Assembly (NCBI GenBank): GCA_037133055.1
Contig: JBAXOY010000061.1
Coordinates: 1 to 18,036, forward strand
Direction of reading: 5' to 3'
DNA: 18,036 nt
Source: Chlamydiota bacterium
GTDB taxonomy: Bacteria > Auribacterota > Tritonobacteria > UBA1439
The notes under the pieces are model-generated. The model was not told where the DNA came from, did no database searches, and saw only the letters and a list, made by a program, of their open reading frames with translations. Of the stretch, positions 8,353 through 15,698 are shown in pieces. How positions within the stretch are numbered: the stretch's first letter is position 1; every line of letters starts with the position of its first letter. A program made the translations under genes and the position numbers.

Positions 8353-8874
8353 TCATCGCTTCGAAGTCGCCCCGTCGCCGTTTCGCCCGTTCGCCGTTTC
8401 ATATCTACCGCTGCCCTTCTCTCCCAGGTACCGCTCGTATTCGGCGACCCGCCTTTCCTGTGCCGCGTTCTCGATCGCGGGCGGGATCCTGCGCCGCACC
8501 TCGGCGATCGCCCGCTCCGCCCGATGGCCGAGGCTCACCAGGTAGCAGGCGATCATGGTCCCCGTCCGCCCGTAGCCGGCCCCGCAGTGGACGACGATCC
8601 TCTTGCGGTTGCTCAGCCCGTAGTTGACGTAGTTGACAAAGCGCTCTATCTCGGGGATCCCCGGGGCCGCACCGTCGGGGACCGGGATGTGGAACACCTC
8701 GAAGTCGAACCGCTCGAACCCCTTTCTCTCGAGGGGGGCGATCGTGAGCGAGATGATGACCTCTATCCCGCGGCTCTTGAGGAATGCGAGATCCTCCTCG
8801 AGAGGGTGATACGATCCCGGGCGCTCCATGCCCGCGATCTGGTGCTCCGTGAACCAGGCGAAGTTGCTGGGCAT
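8353..8874 (-). CDS. Cys-based dual-specificity/tyrosine phosphatase family protein (173 aa)
   Basis: Catalytic CX5R loop VHCGAGYGRTG, general-acid loop HIPVPDG, AIAEVRRR.P.AIE...Q. Start at ATG 8874 (MPSNFAW). Confidence 0.9.
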   Translation of the reverse strand: MPSNFAWFTEHQIAGMERPGSYHPLEEDLAFLKSRGIEVIISLTIAPLERKGFERFDFEVFHIPVPDGAAPGIPEIERFVNYVNYGLSNRKRIVVHCGAGYGRTGTMIACYLVSLGHRAERAIAEVRRRIPPAIENAAQERRVAEYERYLGEKGSGRYETANGRNGDGATSKR

Positions 8875-8883
8875 TGCGGGAAC

Positions 8884-8912
8884 AGTGTAGCATCGGGGGA
8901 GGGGGAAGTCAC
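8884..8912 (-). promoter_or_regulatory. Putative promoter for the phosphatase (near-leaderless), possibly extending to glyQS
   Basis: GTGACT (8912-8907), 17 nt, TG-C-TACACT (8889-8884), 9 nt before the ATG; no SD. Confidence 0.5.
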
Positions 8913-9652
8913 TCTTTGGCGCTGTCTGCCGCTCTAGCATAGGTCCCATAGGACCTATTGGACCTAGTGCTCAGAACCCCGGGGGGGGGAGCACCCTGAT
9001 CCACGCTCACCACCGCTCCGCCCCTGAAATAGACGATGGCCCTGCCATCCGGCCGCTTGTAGATCCAGCGGTCGGTGTAGTCGTAGACGCCGTGAACGGG
9101 ATGCGTCAGGTCAGGCCATCCCCAGGCCGAGGTCACCTCCCGCTGCGTCATGCCGGGGACCACGTTCTTCTGGTATATCTGGGCGCGCATCTCCCGTTTC
9201 AAGGCGAGCCGCTGCTGGACCACGGGCATGGGGCCGGGCTCCGGTTCCGGCGCGGGAGACGGTTCTTCGGCGTACTCCTCCACGGGCTCCTCCGCGGGTT
9301 CGACCGCCGGTTCTTCCTCGGGCGCCGGCAGCGGGGTGTCGGAGGGCGGGGGCGGCTGAAGCGCGGCCTGCGCGCTTTCATCCTTGAACCGCGCGTTGAG
9401 CCGCTCCCAGCTTGACGCAATCGCGCGGTTCTCATCGGGCGTGGACTTTTGGACGGAGAGAATGGTGGAGCGCGCCAGGAATATCTCCGCCCCCCCCACG
9501 CTGAGCATGACGTGGGTGGCCGTTTCCCCGGATATTACCCCCGTGTACTTCATGCCATCCCTGCAGATCAGGGTATCCGCCGCTGCCGGTGCGCAGGCGA
9601 GCGCGGCGAGAAGCGAGGCCAGGGGTGCGTGAATCGGTTTAATCGGAATCAC
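8909..9652 (-). CDS. Exported hypothetical protein with Pro/Glu linker and C-terminal SmpA/BamE-like alpha/beta domain, paralog A
   Basis: Signal-peptide-like N-terminus ending PAAA|DT; domain DTLICRDG..YTG; PE-rich linker; GMTQREVTSAWGWPD...DRWIY...VYFRGGAVVSV. Exact start uncertain. Confidence 0.7.
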   Translation of the reverse strand: MIPIKPIHAPLASLLAALACAPAAADTLICRDGMKYTGVISGETATHVMLSVGGAEIFLARSTILSVQKSTPDENRAIASSWERLNARFKDESAQAALQPPPPSDTPLPAPEEEPAVEPAEEPVEEYAEEPSPAPEPEPGPMPVVQQRLALKREMRAQIYQKNVVPGMTQREVTSAWGWPDLTHPVHGVYDYTDRWIYKRPDGRAIVYFRGGAVVSVDQGAPPPGVLSTRSNRSYGTYARAADSAKE

Positions 9653-9661
9653 TCCTTTTGT

Positions 9662-10324
9662 TCACCTGCTGATGTTCGTGACCACGCCGTTCTTGAAGTA
9701 GATATCCACCAGTCCCTCGCCTTCCCGGCGGAAGGTCCATCGGTCGGAGGAGACGTCGACGCCGTGCACGGGGTGGGTGCGATCGGGCGATCCCCATGCG
9801 GAGCTCACCTCCTTTTCCGTCATTCCGACGAGCACGCGCTTCTCCCTGACGGCATTTCTGACTTCCCCCTTCCAGCGCAGATCGCGCTGCCTGTCCGGGG
9901 GGAGGGGTTGCCCCATGCCCTTCATGGCGGCACCCTTCGGGACGCCCCCCGCCACGGGCGCCGGGGGAGGCGTCTCGACGAGTGTCCGTGACGGGGCTGC
10001 GGCCTGAACGGCGCCGGATGCCCCGCCCGCGGGCGGCGCGGGGAGGGCCGGTTCCGTGCGCGCATCCCGCGAGGCTCTCCGCATCGAGGCCCATGATTCC
10101 CGCAGGGCCTGGTTCTCCCCGGGACTCGCTTTGGCCGTGGCGGCGATCATGGAGCGGGGAATCTCCACGCGCCGGCCGTGGAGGGTGACGGTCACGGCGG
10201 ACTCCGTCTCCTCCTCGACGATGCAGCCGACGACCCGCCCGTCCCGGTAGGTGATCGTGTCGGGGAAGGCCGGCGCGGCGGTAGCCAGGACTGCATACGC
10301 AAGTGCCATTGCGCGCGGTTTCAT
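9662..10324 (-). CDS. Exported hypothetical protein with C-terminal SmpA/BamE-like domain, paralog B
   Basis: Signal-peptide-like N-terminus, DTITYRDG..VG, Pro/Ala linker, GMTEKEVSSAWGSPD...DRWTF...IYFKNGVVTNI. Alternative starts at 10342 (GTG) or 10309. Confidence 0.7.
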   Translation of the reverse strand: MKPRAMALAYAVLATAAPAFPDTITYRDGRVVGCIVEEETESAVTVTLHGRRVEIPRSMIAATAKASPGENQALRESWASMRRASRDARTEPALPAPPAGGASGAVQAAAPSRTLVETPPPAPVAGGVPKGAAMKGMGQPLPPDRQRDLRWKGEVRNAVREKRVLVGMTEKEVSSAWGSPDRTHPVHGVDVSSDRWTFRREGEGLVDIYFKNGVVTNISR

Positions 10325-10518
10325 GCGGTTCGATTGTGCCACATGGGATGCGGGCCCTCAAGGCCGAAATTTGCCGGTGGGGTGTCGGTGGGGTAAGGTC
10401 GGTGGACACAGCTTTGGGGGACACCGGGACACCGGGTGGAGGTGTGGGCGTATCGGCGTAGACGGAAGGGATAAAAGAGGGCGCCGGACGCGATGTTGCA
10501 TCCAGCTCCTGCGGTCGT

Positions 10519-11427
10519 CTACGGCAGCTGCTTCACCAGGTCGCCGTAGGTGTCGGGCCGGCGGTCGCGGAAGAACTGCCACCCGTCCCTGACCTCCTTG
10601 ATCACGTCGAGGTCCATGTCCGCCACGATGACCTCGTCGCGGTCCTCGCTCCCCTGCGCGATGATCTTGCCGCGCGGGTTGCAGAAGTAGCTCGCGCCGT
10701 AAAATTTTCCGATGTTCCAGGGTGCCTCGACGCCGACGCGGTTGACGGCGCCGACGTAGTAGCCGTTCGCGACCGCGTGGGCGGGCTGCTCGAGCTCCCA
10801 CAGGTACTTGGAGACGCCGATCACCGTCGCGGAGGGGTTGAAGATGATCCATGCCCCGTGCAGGCCGAGGATGCGCGCCCCCTCCGGGAAGTGGCGGTCG
10901 TAGCAGATGTAGACGCCGATGCTCCCGACGGCGGTCTCGAAGACGGGGTAGCCGAGGTTGCCCGGTTTGAAATAGAACTTCTCGTAGAAGCCCGGGTGGA
11001 CGTGGGGGATGTGGTTCTTGCGGTAGATCCCGACGAGCTTCCCGTCGGCGTCGATCACCGCGGCGGTGTTGTAGTAGACCCCGGTGATGGTGACCTCGTA
11101 GACCGGGACGACAAGCACCATGCCGTGCTTCTTCGCGGCGGCCTGCATGCGTTTGACCGTCGGGCCCGGGATCGGTTCGGCGGTGTTGTACCAGCGCGCG
11201 TCGTGCTCGGCGCAGAAGTAGGGGCCGTTGAAGATCTCCTGGAGGCAGCACACCTCCACACCCCGCTTCGCCGCCTCGCCGATGAGCGTGAGGTGCTTCC
11301 GCACCATCGCCTCCTTGATCGCGGCGAGCTCCCTGCGGACCTCGGCGGGCTTCATCTTCGAGGTGTTCGCGGCGGGGCTTTTGACATTCGACGCCTGGAT
11401 GAGTCCACCCCTGACGATCATCGGCAT
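10519..11427 (-). CDS. Nitrilase-superfamily carbon-nitrogen hydrolase, beta-ureidopropionase (beta-alanine synthase)-like (302 aa)
   Basis: Glu-Lys-Cys triad in CLQEIFNGPYFC, YRKNHIP and ICYDRHFPE; FNPSAT, LWELEQPAHAVAN, NRVGVE, FFRDRRPDTY; AAGGGAGG SD before ATG 11427. Confidence 0.88.
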   Translation of the reverse strand: MPMIVRGGLIQASNVKSPAANTSKMKPAEVRRELAAIKEAMVRKHLTLIGEAAKRGVEVCCLQEIFNGPYFCAEHDARWYNTAEPIPGPTVKRMQAAAKKHGMVLVVPVYEVTITGVYYNTAAVIDADGKLVGIYRKNHIPHVHPGFYEKFYFKPGNLGYPVFETAVGSIGVYICYDRHFPEGARILGLHGAWIIFNPSATVIGVSKYLWELEQPAHAVANGYYVGAVNRVGVEAPWNIGKFYGASYFCNPRGKIIAQGSEDRDEVIVADMDLDVIKEVRDGWQFFRDRRPDTYGDLVKQLP

Positions 11428-11492
11428 GCCCCTCCCTTGTGCGGGTTGTGCGTCCGCGCCCGACATGTCACGGCGCGTTGCGGGGTTGCGCA

Positions 11493-11831
11493 TCAGTCCT
11501 TGACGAACAGGCCCTTGAAGAATCTGCCCGTCTTCTTTCCCGCGTTCTCGAAAAATGATCCGGTCTTCTTGCCGAACTCCGCACAGCCGTGGCCGACCCT
11601 CGCCATGACCGACCGGTCGTCCGAAGCTGCGGCCGGGGGCGGCGGGGCCATCTGCTGCGCGGGCGCGGCGACCGGGAGCGGGGGTGCGAACTCCTGCACG
11701 GGTGCCTGCGCGGCCGCCGGGGGCCGGATCGCCGGCGCATTCGCGGGCGGCTGTTCCTGTGCGCGGCACGGTGCGGAGACAAGCGTGAGGGCGATGAGCG
11801 CAGCGACGACAACGGCAACCGCGGGTTTCAT
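11493..11831 (-). CDS. Small exported Pro/Ala-rich hypothetical protein with a C-terminal amphipathic segment (112 aa)
   Basis: Strong AAAGGAGG SD; signal peptide MKPAVAVVVAALIALTLVSAPCRA|Q; C-terminal repeat FGKKTGSFF / AGKKTGRFF. Confidence 0.7.
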   Translation of the reverse strand: MKPAVAVVVAALIALTLVSAPCRAQEQPPANAPAIRPPAAAQAPVQEFAPPLPVAAPAQQMAPPPPAAASDDRSVMARVGHGCAEFGKKTGSFFENAGKKTGRFFKGLFVKD

Positions 11832-11874
11832 GGGACCTCCTTTGGGTGGGCGGGCACCGGATGCCCGCACCAGT

Positions 11875-11909
11875 ACGATAGCAGGTTGGAATATCCTGTC
11901 AACAGGATA
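11875..11909 (-). promoter_or_regulatory. Sigma70 promoter overlapped by a perfect 18-bp palindrome (candidate operator)
   Basis: TATCCTGT-CA-ACAGGATA at 11892-11909 contains minus-strand TTGACA (11902-11897); 16 nt spacer, then TG-C-TATCGT (11880-11875). Confidence 0.6.
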
Positions 11910-11975
11910 ACGAAAGTGACGTACAGCGTGCCCTCCGTGGTGAAAAATCGCGCAGTGGTGTACCATTATCCCGTC

Positions 11976-12905
11976 ATGCGACTACGCGCGGTGTCAATCG
12001 ACCGGGAGCTCGGGGACGCCCTCCGCCGCGGGATTTTTCGCGGCGCGGTGCTTTCCGTCCACCGAAACGCCGCATACCTGGAGACGGATGACGGCTCCCT
12101 GATCGCTCTCGCGCGCGAGGAGGTCGGCAACGGGCCCGGCTTCGTCCTCCTGCCCCGCGTTGCCGCATTCCCGGAGGGGATTGTCCCCTCCGGGCCGTTC
12201 ACCGCCGAAGGCGGCCTGATCAGCCTCGGGGGCGGGAGAATCGCGGTCGAAACCGGGGGGGCCGCGGCGTGGGACGCCGTTCTCCGTCCGCGGGCGGGCA
12301 GCCCCGTCCGGGATATCGGGGAATGTGCCCGTGCCGCCCTTGGCCTCGCCGCCGCGCGGTGCCGGGGGCTGGGTCTCTGTCCCCTCGTCGGGGCGATTGC
12401 GGAGATCGCGGAGGGGCGATCAGCGGCGGCCCGGGCGGGGGAATGCGCGTTCACGGAAGTGCGGGTTCGCCTTTTCGCGGATGCGGTCTTCCGAGGGGAC
12501 GGCGCGGCGGACGCGGCGCGCGCGCTCATCGGGCTCGGCGACGGGCTCACCCCGTCCTGCGACGACATGCTCGTCGGGCTCGCGGGGATCTTCCACGGCA
12601 TCTCCGCGGACCCGCGGAGTCGGGCATGGGCGCGGGGCATCCTGGGCGGGCTTCGTGAGGCGATCGGAGAGGCCGGCGGGCGCACCACCCCCGTGTCGGC
12701 GCATTTCCTACGCGCGGCGGCGCGGGGGCGTTTCACGGAGCGGGCGAAGGGTCTCATCGAGGCGGTCCTCGGCGCGGACGAGAAAAGGGTGGCATCCGCG
12801 GCGGAACGGGTGCTAGAATATGGCGCTGCGTCGGGCGCGGATTTGATCTTCGGCGTCACCCTCGCCGGCCTGATCGTCTCCCGGCGTCAAAAGGAGGAAT
12901 CGTGA
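11976..12905 (+). CDS. DUF2877 protein (YlbF/AllH/YahE-like, oxamate carbamoyltransferase subunit family), 309 aa
   Basis: N-terminal GxVLSVH..A...GNGP, signature LIGLGDGLTPSCDDMLVG, RTTPVSAHFL, C-terminal GAASGADLIFG. Start at ATG 11976; the upstream part of the ORF-track call overlaps an opposite-strand gene. Confidence 0.8.
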   Translation: MRLRAVSIDRELGDALRRGIFRGAVLSVHRNAAYLETDDGSLIALAREEVGNGPGFVLLPRVAAFPEGIVPSGPFTAEGGLISLGGGRIAVETGGAAAWDAVLRPRAGSPVRDIGECARAALGLAAARCRGLGLCPLVGAIAEIAEGRSAAARAGECAFTEVRVRLFADAVFRGDGAADAARALIGLGDGLTPSCDDMLVGLAGIFHGISADPRSRAWARGILGGLREAIGEAGGRTTPVSAHFLRAAARGRFTERAKGLIEAVLGADEKRVASAAERVLEYGAASGADLIFGVTLAGLIVSRRQKEES

Positions 12906-13672
12906 AATTCAAAATGTACGACCTCACCCAGAGGCTGAGCGATCTCACGCCGGCGTGGCCGACGTACGAGCCGCTTCAGGTGAAGTTTTTCAAGAGGCTC
13001 GCCCCGAACGGCGCGAACGGCCAGCTCGTGACGCACTCGAACCACGTGGGCACCCACCTTGACGGCTCGCTCCACTTTTGCACGCACGGGCGCGACGTTG
13101 CCTCGATACCGCTCGAGGAACTCGTGAGCGATGGGGTGATCGTGGATTTGAGCGACATCGCCGAGGACTACGGCATTTACACCTCGAAGGACATCACCGA
13201 CCGCGTGGAGGTTAAGAAGGGCGACATCCTCGTCATCAACACCGGCTACCACACATACGGCTGGGACCAGCCCGAGGCCGACGAGGTCCGCTACATGACG
13301 AAGCACCCGGGGCCGCAGAGGGAGTTCTCCCAGTGGTGCAGGAAGATGCAGATCAAGTGGATCGGCCTCGACTGCGGGTCGGCGGACCACCCGATGAACA
13401 CGAAGATCCGCGAGTGGATGCCGAAGCAGGCCGCGGAGTGCGAGGCGTATTTCCGCAAGAAGTTCAAGAAATCCATCGACGAGATGTTCCCCGCGGACCA
13501 CTACCAGCTCATGCACATCGACCTCTTCCCCTACGACATCATCCACGCCGAGAACCTGGGCGGGGAGATCGACAAGGTGCTGAACCGCCGCATGGTCATC
13601 GGCTGCTTCCCCTGGCGCTGGGTCGGCGGGGAGTCGTCCATCTGCCGCATCGTGGCCTTCGACATGAAGTAG
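12902..13672 (+). CDS. Cyclase-family (kynurenine formamidase/isatin hydrolase-like) metal-dependent amidohydrolase
   Basis: YDLTQ, metal motif HVGTHLDG, GVIVDL, GDILVINTG, HPG, IG.D..S.D, H...HAENL; AAGGAGG SD; GTGA start/stop overlap with the DUF2877 gene. Confidence 0.9.
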   Translation: MKFKMYDLTQRLSDLTPAWPTYEPLQVKFFKRLAPNGANGQLVTHSNHVGTHLDGSLHFCTHGRDVASIPLEELVSDGVIVDLSDIAEDYGIYTSKDITDRVEVKKGDILVINTGYHTYGWDQPEADEVRYMTKHPGPQREFSQWCRKMQIKWIGLDCGSADHPMNTKIREWMPKQAAECEAYFRKKFKKSIDEMFPADHYQLMHIDLFPYDIIHAENLGGEIDKVLNRRMVIGCFPWRWVGGESSICRIVAFDMK

Positions 13673-13737
13673 GGGGAGCACCGTTTCTCGTTGATCGTTT
13701 CTCGTGACGAGAAGGCGAGACAGAGGGGGGAATCGAG

Positions 13738-14490
13738 ATGAGCAAAAAACAGCATCATATCGACTGCGGCCCGGGCGACGTCGGGCGCTACGTGCTCCTG
13801 CCCGGCGACCCCGGGCGCGTGCCGGTCATCGCGGCGCACCTTCAGAACGCGAAACAGGTGGCGCAGAACCGGGAGTATACCACCTACACCGGCGAGGTGG
13901 ACGGGGCCAGGGTTTCCGTGACCTCGACGGGGATCGGGTGCCCCTCGGCGGCGATCGCGGTCGAGGAGCTCGCGCGCATCGGCGCCGACACCTTCATAAG
14001 GGTCGGGACCGCGGGATCTCTCCAGATAAACGTCGCGCTCGGCGACCTCGTGATTTCCACCGCGACCGTGCGGGACGATGGGACCTCGCGGCAGTACCTG
14101 CCCCTCTCCGTCCCCGCGGTGTCGGATTTCCACCTCACCATGGCCCTTTGGGAAGCGGCGAAGAAGCTTGGCCACCGGGCGCACCTCGGGGTGTCGCAGA
14201 CGAAGGACGCCTTCTACACCGAGGAGGACGACCCGACCCTCCCGCGCTACGAGGAGATCCAGCGCGACTGGAAGGCGTACCAGAAGGCGAACGTCCTCGC
14301 GAGCTCGATGGAGTCCGCGGCGATCTTCAGCGTCGCCATGATCAGGAGGCTCAGGGCCGCCGAGATCCTCGCGGTCATCGGATCCACCTACTCGGGCGAG
14401 ATGATCGTCAAGAAGGTCGGCATCGATGAGATGATCGGGACTGCGATCGAGGCGATCCGGATCATCGCCGCGCGGGACGCCAAGGCCTGA
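13738..14490 (+). CDS. Nucleoside phosphorylase, NP-I family (uridine-phosphorylase-like; specificity uncertain)
   Basis: LLPGDPGRV, NREY, STGIGCPSAAIAVEEL, FIRVGTAG, RDDGTS..Y, KDAFY, MESAA. Confidence 0.88.
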   Translation: MSKKQHHIDCGPGDVGRYVLLPGDPGRVPVIAAHLQNAKQVAQNREYTTYTGEVDGARVSVTSTGIGCPSAAIAVEELARIGADTFIRVGTAGSLQINVALGDLVISTATVRDDGTSRQYLPLSVPAVSDFHLTMALWEAAKKLGHRAHLGVSQTKDAFYTEEDDPTLPRYEEIQRDWKAYQKANVLASSMESAAIFSVAMIRRLRAAEILAVIGSTYSGEMIVKKVGIDEMIGTAIEAIRIIAARDAKA

Positions 14491-14522
14491 CCGCCCGATC
14501 CCATCCTCCGGCTTTGTGGGGG

Positions 14523-14579
14523 TTGCCCCGCCATGCGGCGGGGCAATAAGCCTTTATGGCGGGTTGGGTTTTGGGATTT
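14523..14579 (+). repeat. Dispersed 57-bp palindromic (REP-like) element, copy A
   Basis: TTGCCCCGCC-ATGC-GGCGGGGCAA hairpin followed by TAAGCCTTTATGGCGGGTTGGGTTTTGGGATTT; 49/57 identical to 17397-17453 without gaps. Confidence 0.85.
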
Positions 14580-14601
14580 ACGCCCGGCTAAATGTGGATA
14601 T

Positions 14602-14637
14602 AAAAAACGCCCCTCCATTTCTGAAGGGGCGTTTTTT
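14602..14637. terminator. Bidirectional intrinsic terminator
   Basis: AAAAAACGCCCCT-(10 nt)-AGGGGCGTTTTTT: a 13-bp inverted repeat with a U-tract on both strands, between convergent genes. Confidence 0.9.
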
Positions 14638-14663
14638 GCGACGGTAGCTGCGTGGCCGGGCGA

Positions 14664-15389
14664 TTACACCTCGACCTCTTTCGGCAGCGTCATCTTCTCG
14701 TTCGTCTTGAGGAGCTTCGCCGACACCGGCCGCTTGAGGCTCCCGCCGATCAGGTCGAGCAGGTACTTCTTCACGACGGTGTCCCAGTACTTCCTCTTCA
14801 TGTAGAAGACGCGGGAGCCGCCCAGCTCGTGCTGGTACTCCGGCCATGGAAGCGACGGCTGCGCCATGCCGATGCCCCAGCGCTTCCAGCCGTTGTAGCT
14901 CTCGTACGTCGCCCACCACTCCTTCTGATTGAGCACCTCAAACGCGTACTCGGCCTTCGCGTAGTACATGATGGCGCCGATCTTGAGTCCCCGCTTCATC
15001 GCGAGGGAGTGGAGACTGATGGATATATCGTCGTTCCATATGCGGCCGTTCGCGAATCCCACCCACTCCCCGTCGATGAGGCCCAGGAGCTGGTAGGGGT
15101 CCTTCAGCCTGTTCCGATACCAGCCGAGGATCTCCGCGTAGACCCGAACGCCCACGATGTCGTAGAAATCGTGATCGACATCGATCATCTTTTTGATGAA
15201 CTCGAGCATCTTTGGCACCTCGTCGTGCCGCGCGGCGCGGATGAGCATCTCCGACCCGTCCTTGAGTTTGACGGAACACGGCTCGTACGGGGGCATCGTG
15301 GATGGGGGGGGGCTGAGGAGCGGTTCGAGCTCGCGCACATCGAAAGTGATTTTCTCCTGTGATACTTTTTCCGGTGGATTCCTGAGCAT
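14664..15389 (-). CDS. Conserved-looking hypothetical protein, probable GNAT/N-acetyltransferase-like fold (241 aa)
   Basis: AAGGAGG SD; KLKDGSEMLIRAARHDE and LLGLIDGEWVGFANGR...KRGLKIGAIMY..KAEYAFE resemble GNAT strands and motif A. CDS well supported, function weakly. Confidence 0.6.
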   Translation of the reverse strand: MLRNPPEKVSQEKITFDVRELEPLLSPPPSTMPPYEPCSVKLKDGSEMLIRAARHDEVPKMLEFIKKMIDVDHDFYDIVGVRVYAEILGWYRNRLKDPYQLLGLIDGEWVGFANGRIWNDDISISLHSLAMKRGLKIGAIMYYAKAEYAFEVLNQKEWWATYESYNGWKRWGIGMAQPSLPWPEYQHELGGSRVFYMKRKYWDTVVKKYLLDLIGGSLKRPVSAKLLKTNEKMTLPKEVEV

Positions 15390-15430
15390 CGCGACCTCCT
15401 TCGGTGGGTGGTTCCTACCGTTCTTCCGTT

Positions 15431-15460
15431 AGTATAGCCGCTCGGAAAGAGGCGTGTCAC
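15431..15460 (-). promoter_or_regulatory. Putative promoter for the GNAT-like gene
   Basis: GTGACA (15460-15455), 18 nt, TATACT (15436-15431). Confidence 0.5.
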
Positions 15461-15597
15461 CACATTTTTTATCTCCTTTTTGCCTTCTTTTCGCCCCCCG
15501 GGGAGTGCGTGGGAACGAGCGTATCCGCCTCCCCACTGTCTGAATCACAGGTCATGCTAAAAGCGAGGTCCTGCCTAAAATGATCCTGGTAAAATCC

Positions 15598-15629
15598 CCG
15601 GGAGTTCGGGATACCGGGAGTTCGGGATA
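15598..15629 (+). repeat. Tandem repeat (CCGGGAGTTCGGGATA)x2
   Basis: Two perfect 16-bp units, each made of two related 8-mers. Confidence 0.85.
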
Positions 15630-15663
15630 ATTCAAGGGGTGGCGTTCGAGGGGCCGGGTTTCC

Positions 15664-15692
15664 TTGACCCCGGGAGAGGAGGCCGGTAGAAT
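15664..15692 (+). promoter_or_regulatory. Sigma70 promoter of a probably leaderless gene
   Basis: TTGACC (15664-15669), 17 nt, TAGAAT (15687-15692), only 6 nt before ATG 15699. Confidence 0.7.
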
Positions 15693-15698
15693 TGTCTC

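Noticed and set aside
11589..11975. N-terminal extensions in the ORF track for DUF2877 (11589), nitrilase (11769), GT paralog 2 (4853), phosphatase (8949) and regulator (1113)
   Set aside because: They run through promoters or neighbouring genes; the downstream starts have SD or -10 support and match family N-termini.
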